DNA from: Squalus acanthias
Lineage: Eukaryota
Direction of reading: 5' to 3'
NCBI GenBank assembly: GCA_030390025.1
Contig: CM059431.1
Location: 108,502,001-108,566,000, forward strand
Length of the DNA: 64,000 bases
Shown: positions 63,898 to 64,000 of the stretch, piece by piece
Layout of the letters: the number at the start of each line of letters is the position of its first letter
Numbering within the stretch: the stretch's first letter is position 1
Program-made: the position numbers and the translations under genes
The notes under the pieces: generated by a model
Database searches by the model: none
What the model saw: the letters and a program-made list of their open reading frames with translations, nothing else
Told to the model about the DNA's origin: nothing

Positions 63898-64000
63898 CTG
63901 AAAGCATAAAGGCACAAGAGTGGGGTTAAGGTCAGGGGAGGGGAGCAGGAAGGGAGCAAGGAATGGAGACAGTATACTTAGATGGAAAGTGGGAAAGGTT

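Larger units (their letters stand above)
60965..64000. mobile_element. Disrupted autonomous-type Harbinger transposon (convergent transposase and Myb-like genes)
   Basis: GC-rich subterminal region with tagcgcc motifs shared with the 55-kb MITEs; HARBI1-like N-terminus on +; degraded low-complexity ORF2-like exon on -. Left boundary approximate. Confidence 0.7.

Overview
Eukaryotic, non-genic-looking DNA whose repeat content (HE1-like V-SINE head, SacSINE1-like DeuSINEs, CR1/L2 LINEs, Penelope pLTR fragments, PIF/Harbinger derivatives) points to a cartilaginous fish, most likely a shark. Much of the window is transposon debris, and nearly all long ORFs in the track are LINE reverse transcriptase, Harbinger Myb/SANT, HARBI1-like or Gypsy integrase remnants. 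No intact host gene can be named; a few candidate exons are reported at low confidence. The most notable structures read directly from the sequence are: (1) seven Penelope-type minimal hammerhead ribozyme motifs of two families, including a perfect 94-bp-arm palindrome with back-to-back ribozymes, a 35-nt tail and a TSD; (2) two templated insertions copied from DNA 3-4 kb away into CR1 tails, with junction microhomology and, in one case, an empty-site control; (3) a 1.8-kb foldback Harbinger derivative made of two left ends inside one TSD; (4) multi-layer nested insertions resolvable by TSDs; (5) four solo LTRs, one about 1.5-1.75 kb long; (6) an LF-SINE-like element. I do not see evidence for a wholly new biological system. 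Family names come from recalled consensus features, not database searches.
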